Part shown: piece by piece, positions 1-13,939 of the stretch
Position numbering within the stretch: position 1 is the first letter of the stretch
How the letters are laid out: every line of letters begins with the position of its first letter
From: Eledone cirrhosa
Taxonomy: Eukaryota
Direction of reading: 5' to 3'
Length of the DNA: 64,000 bases
Assembly: GCA_964016885.1 (NCBI GenBank)
Contig: OZ024741.1
Location: 61,814,001 to 61,878,000 of the forward strand
Translations under genes and position numbers: made by a program
The notes under the pieces: generated by a model
The model's input: the letters and a program-made list of their open reading frames with translations, nothing else
What the model was told of the DNA's origin: nothing
Databases searched by the model: none

Positions 1-3000
1 TATGACTATAGACAGTGCCATTAATATTCTATAGATGTGATATTGACATATGACTATAGACTGTATCATTAATATTCTATAGATGTGATATTGACATATG
101 ACTATCCACAGTGTCATTAATATTCTATAGATGTGATATTGACATATGACTATAGACAGTGTCATTAATGTTCTATAGATGTGATATTGACATATGACTA
201 TCCACAGTGCCATTAATATTCTATAGATGTGATATTGACATATGACTATCCACAGTGTCATTAATATTCTATAGATGTGATATTGACATATGGCTATAGA
301 CAGTGTCATTAATATTCTATAGATGTGATATTGACATATGACTATCCACAGTGCCTTTAATATTCTATAGATGTGATATTGATATATGGCTATCCACAGT
401 GTCATTAATATTCTATAGATGTGATATTGACATATGACTATCCCCAGTGTCATTAATATTCTATAGATGTGATATTGACATATGACTATCCACAGTGTCA
501 TTAATATTCTATAGATGTGATATTGACACATGACTATCCACAGTGTCATTAATATTCTATAGATGTGATATTGACATATGACTATAGACAGTGTCATTAA
601 TATTCTATAGATGTGATATTGACATATGGCTATCCACAGTGCCTTAAATATTCTATAGATGTGATATTGACATATGACTATCCGCAGTGTCATTAATATT
701 CTATAGATGTGATATTGACATATGACTATCCACAGTGCCATTTATATTCTATAGATGTCATATTGACATATGACTATCCACAGTGTCATTAATATTCTAT
801 AGATGTGATATTGATATATGACTATCCACAGTGTCATTAATATTCTATAGATGTGATATTGACATATGCCTATCCACAGTGTCATTAATATTCTATAGAT
901 GTGATATTGACATATGACTATCCACAGTGCCTTTAATATTCTATAGATGTGATATTGACATATGACTATAGACAGTGTCATTAATATTCTATAGATGTGA
1001 TATTGACATATGACTATAGACAGTGTCATTAATATTCTATAGATGTGATATTGACGTATGACTATCCACAGTGTCATTAATATTCTATAGATGTGATATT
1101 GACATATGACTATAGACAGTGTCATTAATATTCTATAGATGTGATATTGACATATGACTATCCACAGTGTCATTAATATTCTATAGCTGTCATATTGACA
1201 TATGACTATAGACTGTGTCATTAATATTCTATAGATGTGATATTGACATATGCCTATCCACAGTGCCATTAATATTCTATAGATGTGATATTGACATATG
1301 ACTATAGACAGTGTCATTAATATTCTATAGATGTGATATTGACATATGACTATCCACAGTGTCATTAATATTCTATAGCTGTCATATTGACATATGACTA
1401 TAGACTGTGTCATTAATATTCTATAGATGTGATATTGACATATGCCTATCCACAGTGTCATTAATATTCTATAGATGTGATATTGACATATGACTATCCA
1501 CAGTGTCATTAATATTCTATAGATGTGATATTGACATATGACTATAGACTGTGTCATTAATATTCTATAGATGTGATATTGACGTATGACTATAGACAGT
1601 GTCATTAATATTCTATAGATGTGATATTGACGTATGACTATAGACAGTGTCATTAATATTCTATAGATGAGATATTGACATATGACTATAGACAGTGTCA
1701 TTAATATTCTATAGATGTGATATTGACATATGACTATCCACAGTGTCATTAATATTCTATAGATGTGATATTGACATATGACTATCCACAGTGTCATTAA
1801 AATTCTATAGCTGTCATATTGACATAGGACTATAGACAGTGTCATTAATATTCTATAGATGTGATATTGACATATGACTATAGACAGTGTCATTAATATT
1901 CTATAGATGTGATATTGACATATGACTATCCACAGTGTCATTAATATTCTATAGCTGTCATATTGACATATCACTATAGACTGTGTCATTAATATTCTAT
2001 AGATGTGATATAGACATATGACTATAGACTGTGTCATTAATATTCTATAGATGTGATATTGACATATGACTATAGACAGTGTCATTAATATTCTATAGAT
2101 GTGATATTGACATATGACTATAGACAGTGTCATTAATATTCTATAGATGTGATATTGACATATGACTATCCACAGTATCATTAATATTCTATAGATGTGA
2201 TATTGACGTATGACTATAGACAGTGTCATTAATATTCTATAGATGTGATATTGACGTATGACTATCCACAGTGTCATTAATATTCTATAGATGTGATATT
2301 GACATATGACTATAGACTGTGCCATTAATATTCTATAGATGTGATATTGACATATGACTATAGACTGTGTTATTAATATTCTATAGATGTGATATTGACA
2401 TATGACTATGGACAGTGTCATTAATATTCTATAGATGTGATATTGACATATGACTATCCACAGTGTCATTAATATTCTATAGATGTGATATTGACATATG
2501 ACTATAAACAGTGTCATTAATATTCTATAGATGTGATATTGACATATGACTATAGACAGTGTCATTAATATTCTATAGATGTGATATTGACATCTGACTA
2601 TAGACAGTGTCAGTAATATTCTATAGATGTGATATTGACAAATGACTATCCACAGTGCCATTAATATTCTATAGATGTGATATTGACATATGACAATATA
2701 TAGTATCATTAATATTCTATAGATGTGATATTGACATCTGACTATCCATAGTGTCATTAATATTCTATAGATGTGATATTGACATATGACAATATATAGT
2801 ATCATTAATATTCTATAGATGTGATATTGACATCTAACTATCCATAGTGTCATTAATATTCTATAGATGTGATATTGACATATGACTATATACAGTGTCA
2901 TTAATATTCTATGGATGTGATATTGACATATGACAATATATAGTATCATTAATATTCTATAGATGTGATATTGACATCTAACTATCCATAGTGTCATTAA

Positions 3001-6000
3001 TATTCTATAGATGTGATATTGACATATGACTATAGACAGTGTCATTAATATTCTATAGATGTGATATTGACATATGACTATAGACAGTGTCATTAATATT
3101 CTATAGATGTGATATTGACATATGACTATCCACAGTGTCATTAATATTCTATAGATGTGATATTGACATATGACTATAGACAGTGTCATTAATATTCTAT
3201 AGATGTGATATTGACATCTGACTATCCACAGTGTCATTAATATTCTATAGATGTGATATTGACGTATGACTATAGACAGTGTCATTAATATTCTATAGAT
3301 GTGATATTGACATATGACTATAGACAGTGTCATTAATATTCTATAGATGTGATATTGACATATGACTATCCACAGTGTCATTAATATTCTATAGATGTGA
3401 TATTGACGTATGACTATAGACCGTGTCATTAATATTCTATAGATGTGATATTGACGTATGACTATAGACAGTGTCATTAATATTCTATAGATGTGATATT
3501 GACGTATGACTATAGACAGTGTCATTAATATTCTATAGATGTGATATTGACATATGACTATAGACTGTATCATTAATATTCTATAGATGTGATATTGACA
3601 TATGACTATCCACAGTGTCATTAATACTCTATAGATGTGATATTGACATATGACTATAGACAGTGTCATTAATATTCTATAGATGTGATATTGACGTATG
3701 ACTATAGACCGTGTCATTAATATTCTATAGATGTGATATTGACGTATGACTATAGACAGTGTCATTAATATTCTATAGATGTGATATTGACATATGACTA
3801 TCCACAGTATCATTAATATTCTATAGATGTGATATTGACGTATGACTATAGACCGTGTCATTAATATTCTATAGATGTGATATTGACGTATGACTATAGA
3901 CAGTGTCATTAATATTCTATAGATGTGATATTGACGTATGACTATAGACAGTGTCATTAATATTCTATGGATGTGATATTGACGTATGACTATAGACAGT
4001 GTCATTAATATTCTATAGATGTGATATTGACGTATGACTATAGACAGTGTCATTAATATTCTATAGATGTGATATTGACATATGACTATCCACAGTGTCA
4101 TTAATATTCTATAGCTGTCATATTGACGTATGACTATAGACTGTGTCATTAATATTCTATAGCTGTGATATTGATATATGACTATCCACAGTGTCATTAA
4201 TATTCTATAGATGTGATATTGACGTATGACTATAGACAGTGTCATTAATATTCTATAGCTGTGATATTGACATATGACTATCCACAGTGTCATTAATATT
4301 CTATAGATGTGATATTGACATATGACTATCCACAGTGTCATTAATATTCTATAGATGTGATATTGACGTATGACTATAGACTGTGTCATTAATATTCTAT
4401 AGATGTGATATTGACATATGGCTATCCACATTGTCATTAATATTCTATAGATGTGATATTGACATATGACTATAGACAGTGTCATTAATATTCTATAGAT
4501 GTGATATTGACATATGACTATCCCCAGTGTCATTAATATTCTATAGATGTGATATTGACATATGACTATAGACAGTGTCATTAATATTCTATTGATGTGA
4601 TATTGACATCTGACTATCCATAGTGTCATTAATATTCTATAGATGTGATATTGACATATGACTATCCACAGTGTCATTAATATTCTATAGATGTGATATT
4701 GACATATGACTATAGACGGTGTCATTAATATTCTATAGATGTGAAATTGACATCTGACTATCCATAGTGTCATTAATATTCTATAGATGTGATATTGACA
4801 TATGACTATAGACAGTGTCATTAATATTCTATAGATGTGATATTGACATCTGACTATCCATAGTGTCATTAATATTCTATAGATGTGATGTTGACATATG
4901 ACTATAGACAGTGTCATTAATATTCTATAGATGTGATATTGACATATGGCTATAGACATTGTCATTAATATTCTATAGATGTGATATTGACATCTAACTA
5001 TCCATAGTGTCATTAATATTCTATAGATGTGATATTGACATATGACTATAGACAGTGTCATTAATATTCTATAGATGTGATATTGACATATGACTATAGA
5101 CAGTGTCATTAATATTCTATAGATGTGATATTGACATCTGACTATCCACAGTGTCATTAATATTCTATAGATGTGATATTGACGTATGACTATAGACAGT
5201 GTCATTAATATTCTATAGATGTGATATTGACATATGACTATAGACAGTGTCATTAATATTCTATAGATGTGATATTGACATATGACTATCCACAGTGTCA
5301 TTAATATTCTATAGATGTGATATTGACGTATGACTCTAGACCGTGTCATTAATATTCTATAGATGTGATATTGACGTATGACTATAGACAGTGTCATTAA
5401 TATTCTATAGATGTGATATTGACGTATGACTATAGACAGTGTCATTAATATTCTATAGATGTGATATTGACATATGACTATAGACTGTATCATTAATATT
5501 CTATAGATGTGATATTGACATATGACTATCGACAGTGTCATTAATATTCTATAGATGTGATATTGACATATGACTATAGACAGTGTCATTAATATTCTAT
5601 AGATGTGATATTGACGTATGACTATAGACCGTGTCATTAATATTCTATAGATGTGATATTGACGTATGACTATAGACAGTGTCATTAATATTCTATAGAT
5701 GTGATATTGACATATGACTATCCACAGTATCATTAATATTCTATAGATGTGATATTGACGTATGACTATAGACCGTGTCATTAATATTCTATAGATGTGA
5801 TATTGACGTATGACTATAGACAGTGTCATTAATATTCTATAGATGTGATATTGACGTATGACTATAGACAGTGTCATTAATATTCTATAGATGTGATATT
5901 GACGTATGACTATAGACAGTGTCATTAATATTCTATAGATGTGATATTGACATATGACTATAGACAGTGTCATTAATATTCTATAGATGTGATATTGACA

Positions 6001-9000
6001 TATGACTATCCACAGTGTCATTAATATTCTATAGCTGTCATATTGACGTATGACTATAGACTGTGTCATTAATATTCTATAGCTGTGATATTGATATATG
6101 ACTATCCACAGTGTCATTAATATTCTATAGATGTGATATTGACGTATGACTATAGACAGTGTCATTAATATTCTATAGCTGTGATATTGACATATGACTA
6201 TCCACAGTGTCATTAATATTCTATAGATGTGATATTGACATATGACTATCCACAGTGTCATTAATATTCTATAGATGTGATATTGACGTATGACTATAGA
6301 CTGTGTCATTAATATTCTATAGATGTGATATTGACATATGACTATAGACAGTGTCATTAATATTCTATAGATGTGATATTGACATATGACTATCCCCAGT
6401 GTCATTAATATTCTATAGATGTGATATTGACATATGACTATAGACAGTGTCATTAATATTCTATTGATGTGATATTGACATCTGACTATCCATAGTGTCA
6501 TTAATATTCTATAGATGTGATATTGACATATGACTATCCACAGTGTCATTAATATTCTATAGATGTGATATTGAAATATGACTATAGACGGTGTCATTAA
6601 TATTCTATAGATGTGAAATTGACATCTGACTATCCATAGTGTCATTAATATTCTATAGATGTGATATTGACATATGACTATAGACAGTGTCATTAATATT
6701 CTATAGATGTGATATTGACATCTGACTATCCATAGTGTCATTAATATTCTATAGATGTGATGTTGACATATGACTATAGACAGTGTCATTAATATTCTAT
6801 AGATGTGATATTGACATATGGCTATAGACAGTGTCATTAATATTCTATAGATGTGATATTGACATCTGACTATCCATAGTGTCATTAATATTCTATAGAT
6901 GTGATATTGACATATGACTATAGACAGTGTCTTTAATATTCTATAGATGTGATATTGACATATGACTATAGACAGTGTCATTAATATTCTATAGATGTGA
7001 TATTGACATATGAGTATCCACAGTGTCATTAATATTCTATATATGTGATATTGACATCTGACTGTCCACAGTGTCATTAATATTCTATAGATGTGATATT
7101 GACATATGGCTATAGACAGTGTCATTAATATTCTATAGATGTGATATTGACATCTGACTATCCACAGTGTCATTAATATTCTATAGATGTGATATTGACA
7201 TATGACTATAGACAGTGTCATTAATATTCTATATATGTGATAGTGACGTATGACTATAGACAGTGTCATTAATATTCTATAGATGTGATATTGACATATC
7301 ACTATAGACAGTGTCATTAATATTCTATAGATGTGATATTGACATATGACTATAGAATGTGTCATTAATATTCTATAGATGTGATATTGACATATGACTA
7401 TCCACAGTGTCATTAATATTCTATAGATGTGATATTGACATATGACTATCCACAGTGTCATTAATATTCTATAGATGTGATATTGACATATGACTATCCA
7501 CAGTGTCATTAATATTCTATAGATGTGATATTGACATATGACTATAGACAGTGCCATTAATATTCTATAGATGTGACATTGACGTATGACTATCCCCAGT
7601 GTCATTAATATTCTATAGATGTGATATTGACATATGACTATAGACTGTGTCATTAATATTCTATAGATGTGATATTGACATATGACTATCCATAGTGTCA
7701 TTAATATTCTATAGATGTGATATTGACATATTGACTATAGACAGTGTCATTAATATTCTATAGATGTGATATTGACATATGACTATAGACTGTGTCATTA
7801 CTATTCTATAGATGTGATATTGACATATGACTATAGACTGTGTCATTAATATTCTATAGATGTGATATTGACATATGACTATAGACTGTGTCATTAATAT
7901 TCTATAGATGTGATATTGACATCTGACTATCCACAGTGTCATTAATATTCTATAGATGTGATATTGACATATGACTCTAGACTGTGTCATTAATATTCTA
8001 TAGATGTGATATTGACATATGACTATAGACTGTGTCATTAATATTCTATAGATGTGATATTGATATCTGACTATCCACAGTGTTATTAATATTCTATAGA
8101 TTTGATATTGACGTATGACTATCCACAGTGTCATTAATATTCGATAGATGTGATATTGATATATGACTATAGACAGTGTCATTAATATTCTATAGATGTG
8201 ATATTGACATATGACTATAGACAGTGTCATTAATATTCTATAGATGTGATATTGACATCTGACTATCCACAGTGTCATTAATATTCTATAGATGTGATAT
8301 TGACGTATGACTATCCACAGTGTCATTAATATTCTATAGATGTGATATTGACATATGACTATAAACAGTGTCATTAATATTCTATAGATGTGATATTGAC
8401 ATCTGACTATCCACAGTGTCATTAATATTCTATAGATGTGATATTGACATATGACTATGGACAGTGTCATTAATATTCTATAGATGTGATATTGACGTAT
8501 GACTATCCACAGTGTCATTAATATTCTATAGATGTGATATTGACATATGACTATCCATAGTGTCATTAATATTCTATAGATGTGATATTGACATATGACT
8601 ATAGACAGTGTCATTAATATTCTATAGATGTGATATTGACATATGACTATAGACAGTGTCATTAATATTCTATAGATGTGATATTGACATATGACTATGG
8701 ACAGTGTCATTAATATTCTATAGATGTGATATTGACGTATGACTATCCACAGTGTCATTAATATTCTATAGATGTGATATTGACATATGACTATGGACAG
8801 TGTCATTAATATTCTATAGATGTGATATTGACGTATGACTATCCACAGTGTCATTAATATTCTATAGATGTGATATTGACATATGACTATCCACAGTGTC
8901 ATTAATATTCTATAGATGTGATATTGACATATGACTATCCATAGTGTCATTAATATTCTATAGATGTGATATTGACATATGACTATGGACAGTGTCATTA

Positions 9001-9845
9001 ATACTCTATAGATGTGATATTGACGTATGACTATCCACAGTGTCATTAATATTCTATAGATGTGATATTGACATATGACTATGGACAGTGTCATTAATAT
9101 TCTATAGATGTGATATTGACGTATGACTATCCACAGTGTCATTAATATTCTATAGATGTGATATTGACACATGACTATCCACAGTGTCATTAATATTCTA
9201 TAGATGTGATATTGACATATGACTATAAACAGTGTCATTAATATTCTATAGATGTGATATTGACATATGACTATAGACAGTGCCATTAATATTCTATAGA
9301 TGTGATATTGACATATGACTATCCATAGTGTCATTAATATTCTATAGATGTGATATTGACATATGACTATAAACAGTGTCATTAATATTCTATAGATGTG
9401 ATAGTGACATATGACTATCTATAGTGTCATTAATATTCTATAGATGTGATATTGACATATGACTATAGACAGTGTCATTAATATTCTATAGATGAGATAT
9501 TGACATATGACTATAGACTGTATCATTAATATTCTATAGATGTGATATTGACATATGACTATCCATAGTGTCATTAATATTCTATAGATGTGATAGTGAC
9601 ATATGACTATCCACAGTGCCATTAATATTCTATAGATGTGATATTGACATATGACTATCCATAGTGTCATTAATATTCTATAGATGTGATATTGACATAT
9701 GACTATCCACAGTGCCATTTATATTCTATAGATGTGATATTGACGTATGACTATAGACAGTGTCATTAATATTCTATAGATGTGATATTGACATATGACT
9801 ATCCATAGTGTCATTAATATTCTATAGATGTGATAGTGACATATG
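1..9845. repeat. 48-bp tandem satellite array (~205 units), running off the left edge of the window
   Basis: Unit TATGACTAT(AG/CC)ACAGTGTCATTAATATTCTATAGATGTGATATTGACA. Phase recurs every 240 bp (5 units); a 1-bp insertion at ~7731 shifts the phase; the array ends abruptly at 9845. Confidence 0.99.
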
Positions 9846-9947
9846 TCTGGTTGTCTGCAAAACGACATTCTGACGAACACGTCATTGCTGACGTATTATC
9901 TTCGCTACATTCACACACACACACACACACATATATACATATATACT

Positions 9948-10038
<91 letters not shown>

Positions 10039-10917
10039 GTGTGTGTATATACAAGGGCAATCCCAAAAGTAAGGTCTCCAAAGCGATGTGGACGCAGAGA
10101 AACTGTTCGTACGGCTGTTGGCAACACTGTTGTGATTGGTGCTTCCTTCACTCCCAAATAAGCATGCGCGCGCTTCGCTGGGATGCTCAATCTTGGTTTG
10201 GCAGCCGCAGAGAATGGAGCTCCCGCTGAACGCTACCGCCAAGTGCAAAGTTCGCGCAGTTATTCGGTTTTTTAACACAAAAGGCTTTGAACTGATTGAA
10301 ATTCATTGCCAATTGATGGAAGTGTATGACCAGTCATGTATGGATGTCAAAAACATTCGCAAGTGGTATAGAGAGTTTACAGCTGGTTGTACTGAAATTC
10401 ACAACCAACAAAGGAGTGGGAGACTGTCAATTTCCAACGAGACAGTCGCAATTTTTCTGTTAAAATCCTGTGGACAGTGCTTCGGGAAACCTCAGGAACC
10501 AAAATGCAGAGAGCATCCAGAGTGATACGCCGATCTTTATGCATGTTTTCCTCACCCTTTGCGACTGTCTTGTGAATTTCAGTATGACCGGCTGTAAACT
10601 CTCTACACCACTTGCGAACGTTTTTGATATCCATGCACGACTGTCCATACACTTCCGTCAATTGGCGATGAATTTCAACGCCTTTTGCGTTCAAAACCCG
10701 AGTAACTGCGTGACCTTCGCACTTGGCGGTAGCATTCAACGGGAGTTACATTCTCAACGGATGCCAAGCCAAGATTGAGCATCCTAGCGAAGAGCACGCA
10801 TGCTTGTTTGGGAGTGAAGGAAGCACCAATCACAACAGTTTTGCCAACAGCCGTACAAACAGTTCCTCTGCGCCCCCATCGCTTTAGAGACCTTACTTTT
10901 GGGATTGCCCTCATATG

Positions 10918-10986
<69 letters not shown>

Positions 10987-11270
10987 ATGTGTGTATATAC
11001 ATATATATGTGTACATGTTTGTATATATATATATGTGTATATGTGTTTGTATATATATATATATATGTTTGTATATGTATCTCTCTATATAGATGTGTAT
11101 ATATGTGTGTGTATATGTATATATACACATATATATATATATATATATCTCCAAACACATATACATATATATATATATACAAACACATATACACATATAT
11201 ATATATATACACATATACATATATATAAATATACACATACAAATATATGTATATATATACACACACACAC

Positions 11271-11319
<49 letters not shown>

Positions 11320-11805
11320 AAAGGCAAACAGAAATAACGCTAGTCCTTCATCAGAAGAAAGAATGAGAATTACAATAAATTGAGGAGACGGGCAGGTTGG
11401 AATTGAAAAAAATGTCTTTAGATAAAAATAACAGCTCCATTCATGTTGACATCTATTTCAAAACTGTTGGTGCTGGCATTTTGTGTATGATTTGTTTTTT
11501 AGAAAATATATATTCATACATACACACACATATATATATACACACATACATACACACACACACATATATACATATATATATATATATATAAATATATCTG
11601 TGTGTATATATATTTATTTAAGTTTGTTGGTTCACCACTGGATAGAACTGGTCATTCCGTATGGTCAATCTCGATGTAATATTATGGGGAGCACTCAGCG
11701 TAACGCAACTCACCCGTCTTCGTTTGTGTAGTTGGTGGTGTGAGTACGGAGTTAATTATTATAAAATAACAGGAGGCTGGACTGGTGTAATTCCTTAAAA
11801 GGTTA

Positions 11806-11838
<33 letters not shown>

Positions 11839-12523
11839 TTGTAGGTTGCTTTAACACGTCTTTTATTATTCAACAAACTTCTTGCCAATAAATATTAACC
11901 CTTTGTGCGCCATTCATCTAACTGTAGACCAACAAATACCAAGTAAATGGAGCGTTGATAAGAATGATCGCGAATGAATCTTCGAGGTAAGCAGTTTCCT
12001 CCCGAGCTGTTAGTTCATGCGGGATTCTCTGCTATACCTTTTCGTAATAATACCGAACAACGTACTGCTGGTCACTCCTTCCTCCAAAAGCCGTACAAAG
12101 CGGACATGTGCATCGGATAGATGGATCGGGTGCAAATCTACACCAGGCCTATGCGAGAAATTCGCAAGGGACTGCACCGACAGGGATAAAGAGAAAGAGT
12201 AACTTAGTGGAAATAGTGCGAATGAACTTTTGAGGCTACGCCTTACTGCTATGACACTGGAACCTTCTGCCAACTTAACCTGTGACTTTCTCTTTCACAT
12301 TTACTCCAATAGGCCAAAACAGAGGAGTATGAAAAGAAGGGGCTCAACAATATTTCTATGAACAATGCACGTAGACAGCTAAACTGTACTTTCAACTTCT
12401 TAATTTTCTCCAAATAAAACAAGTTTCCTGTCGGTATATTTTCGTGAGTATTTAAATAAACATTTCTCATTGGAGGTGCTTTACCAATGTTCTTACTCGT
12501 GCAATGCCGGGATACACTGCTAG
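9846..12523 (+). mobile_element. Non-autonomous Helitron-like element inserted at the satellite edge, with nested insertions
   Basis: 3' end has the hairpin CTCG-TGCAATGC-CGGG (12496-12511) followed by CTAG|T (12520-12524). Satellite monomers resume immediately after CTAG. The 5' boundary is uncertain (9818-9846). Confidence 0.65.
10052..10913. mobile_element. Foldback mariner derivative made of two head-to-head 5' halves
   Basis: TA-flanked TIRs CAAGGGCAATCCCAAAAGTAAGGTCTC / GAGACCTTACTTTTGGGATTGCCCTCA. Both strands encode a mariner N-terminal HTH (VRAVIRFF..EIHCQLMEVY..RKWYREF..RSGR; DRRITLDAL..VSRSTVHRILTEKL). No catalytic domain. Confidence 0.9.
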
Positions 12524-12918
12524 TATTCTATAGATGTGATATTGGCATATGACTGTCGACAGTGCCATTAATATTCTATAGATGTGACATTGGCATATGA
12601 GTAGACAGAGTGCCATTGGCACTATTGGTAGAGTGTCGGACACCATGCTTTATGGGATAGACTTAAGGTCGTTTACGATCTGAGTTCAAATCCTGCCGAG
12701 GTTAGCTTTACCTTTCGTCCTTACGAGGTCGATAAAATAAAGTACCAGTAATGCACTGGAGTTGATTTAATTGACTTTTCCCTCCAAAATTGTTGGATTT
12801 GTGCCTAAATCAGAAACCAATATTCTATAGATCTGGCATCGGGATGTGAGTATCCATCGTGCCATTAATATTCTATAGATGTGGCACTGACATATAAGTA
12901 GACAACATTGCAGCATTG
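12524..12918. repeat. Diverged monomers of the 48-bp satellite, split by a SINE
   Basis: TATTCTATAGATGTGATATTGGCATATGACTGTCGACAGTGCCATTAA at 12524-12618, and more degenerate copies at 12819-12918. Confidence 0.9.
12619..12818 (+). mobile_element. tRNA-derived SINE, family A (Meta-like central domain)
   Basis: B-box GAGTTCAAATCC, then ..CCTTTCGTCCTTACGAGGTCGATAAAATAAAGTACCAG; homologous to copies at 26516, 36816, 45277 and 49231. Confidence 0.8.
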
Positions 12919-13080
12919 GCTATGTGGTCTAATAGTTCACTCTGTAACAGCAGGGATTCTAGTTTGATCCCACTGTGCACCACCTTGGGCAAGTGTTTTT
13001 TTGCTTTAGCTTCAGACTAGCCAATGCCTTGTGAATGCAATTTGGCAGATGAAAACTGTATGAAGCTCATTGTGTGTGTT
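12915..13080 (+). mobile_element. tRNA-derived SINE, family C (degenerate)
   Basis: tRNA-like head, CACCTTGGGCAAGTG core and (TG)n tail; related copies at ~40480-40640 and ~55160-55325. Confidence 0.6.
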
Positions 13081-13939
13081 TGATCTCTTTCTTTCTCTTA
13101 CACTCCTTCTGTTTTATCATTAACCATTTTCCTTAATCTTCAAAAATATCATTTATTTGATCAACTTTCAGTCATTAAATATTTCTCTATCCTACTCTCT
13201 TCATATTTCTCAACCCAATCTCCTATATGACCCAAAACTGAAAATTATTTTCAGTTCATTAAGACATATTAAAACTATCATAATCATCATCATCATCATC
13301 ATCATTTTACATCTGCTTTTCCCTGCTTGCAAGGGTGGGATGGGTCCCATTCAGCACAGCATCTCTCCACTTGTCACGGTCCTTCGTCATCTCCTCCATG
13401 ATCTTCAGTGATCTGAGGTCTGCTCTCACAACCTCCGCCCATGTCTTTCATAGTCTTCCTCAACTGCGTCTTCCTTCTACTGGGATAAACATTTGAATAT
13501 TATCCGCATGGCTGGCGCTTCCATACTAGGCAGCCACCTAGGGCACTGATTTCAGAGACTGCATTTCTCTAAATCAACAACTTTGAAAAGTAAATAAAGA
13601 AATTTCAGTTTTATTGAGGGTCTTTGTTTATCCTGGTTTATTTCATACAGGGACAATTTTAAAAAAAAAAATTTTTTTTTTAAATTTATTGTTTATAAAT
13701 TTTGAAATTGATATTTTCCTATTTTCCGAATTTAACCTTGCCTAGGGTACCAGATTGGAAGGGATTGGATTTTTCAGGACAACATCAGCTCTCAGCACCT
13801 CAGGCCAGGTCTTACTTGGTCTTCTATTGTGGATACTATGGTAAAAACTGATCTCACAAAATTAAACCTCACAAAGGAGATGACACAAGATTGAGTTTTC
13901 TGGTAACATGTTATAGAACAGAATGACTCCCTTCTTAGG

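Noticed and set aside
742-7701. 2319-aa protein-coding gene
   Set aside because: It is a translation of a 48-bp satellite; variation is mostly non-synonymous and the frame is broken by an indel and stops.
1-9845. CRISPR-like array
   Set aside because: There are no unique spacers; units are contiguous near-identical monomers, there are no cas genes, and the context is eukaryotic.
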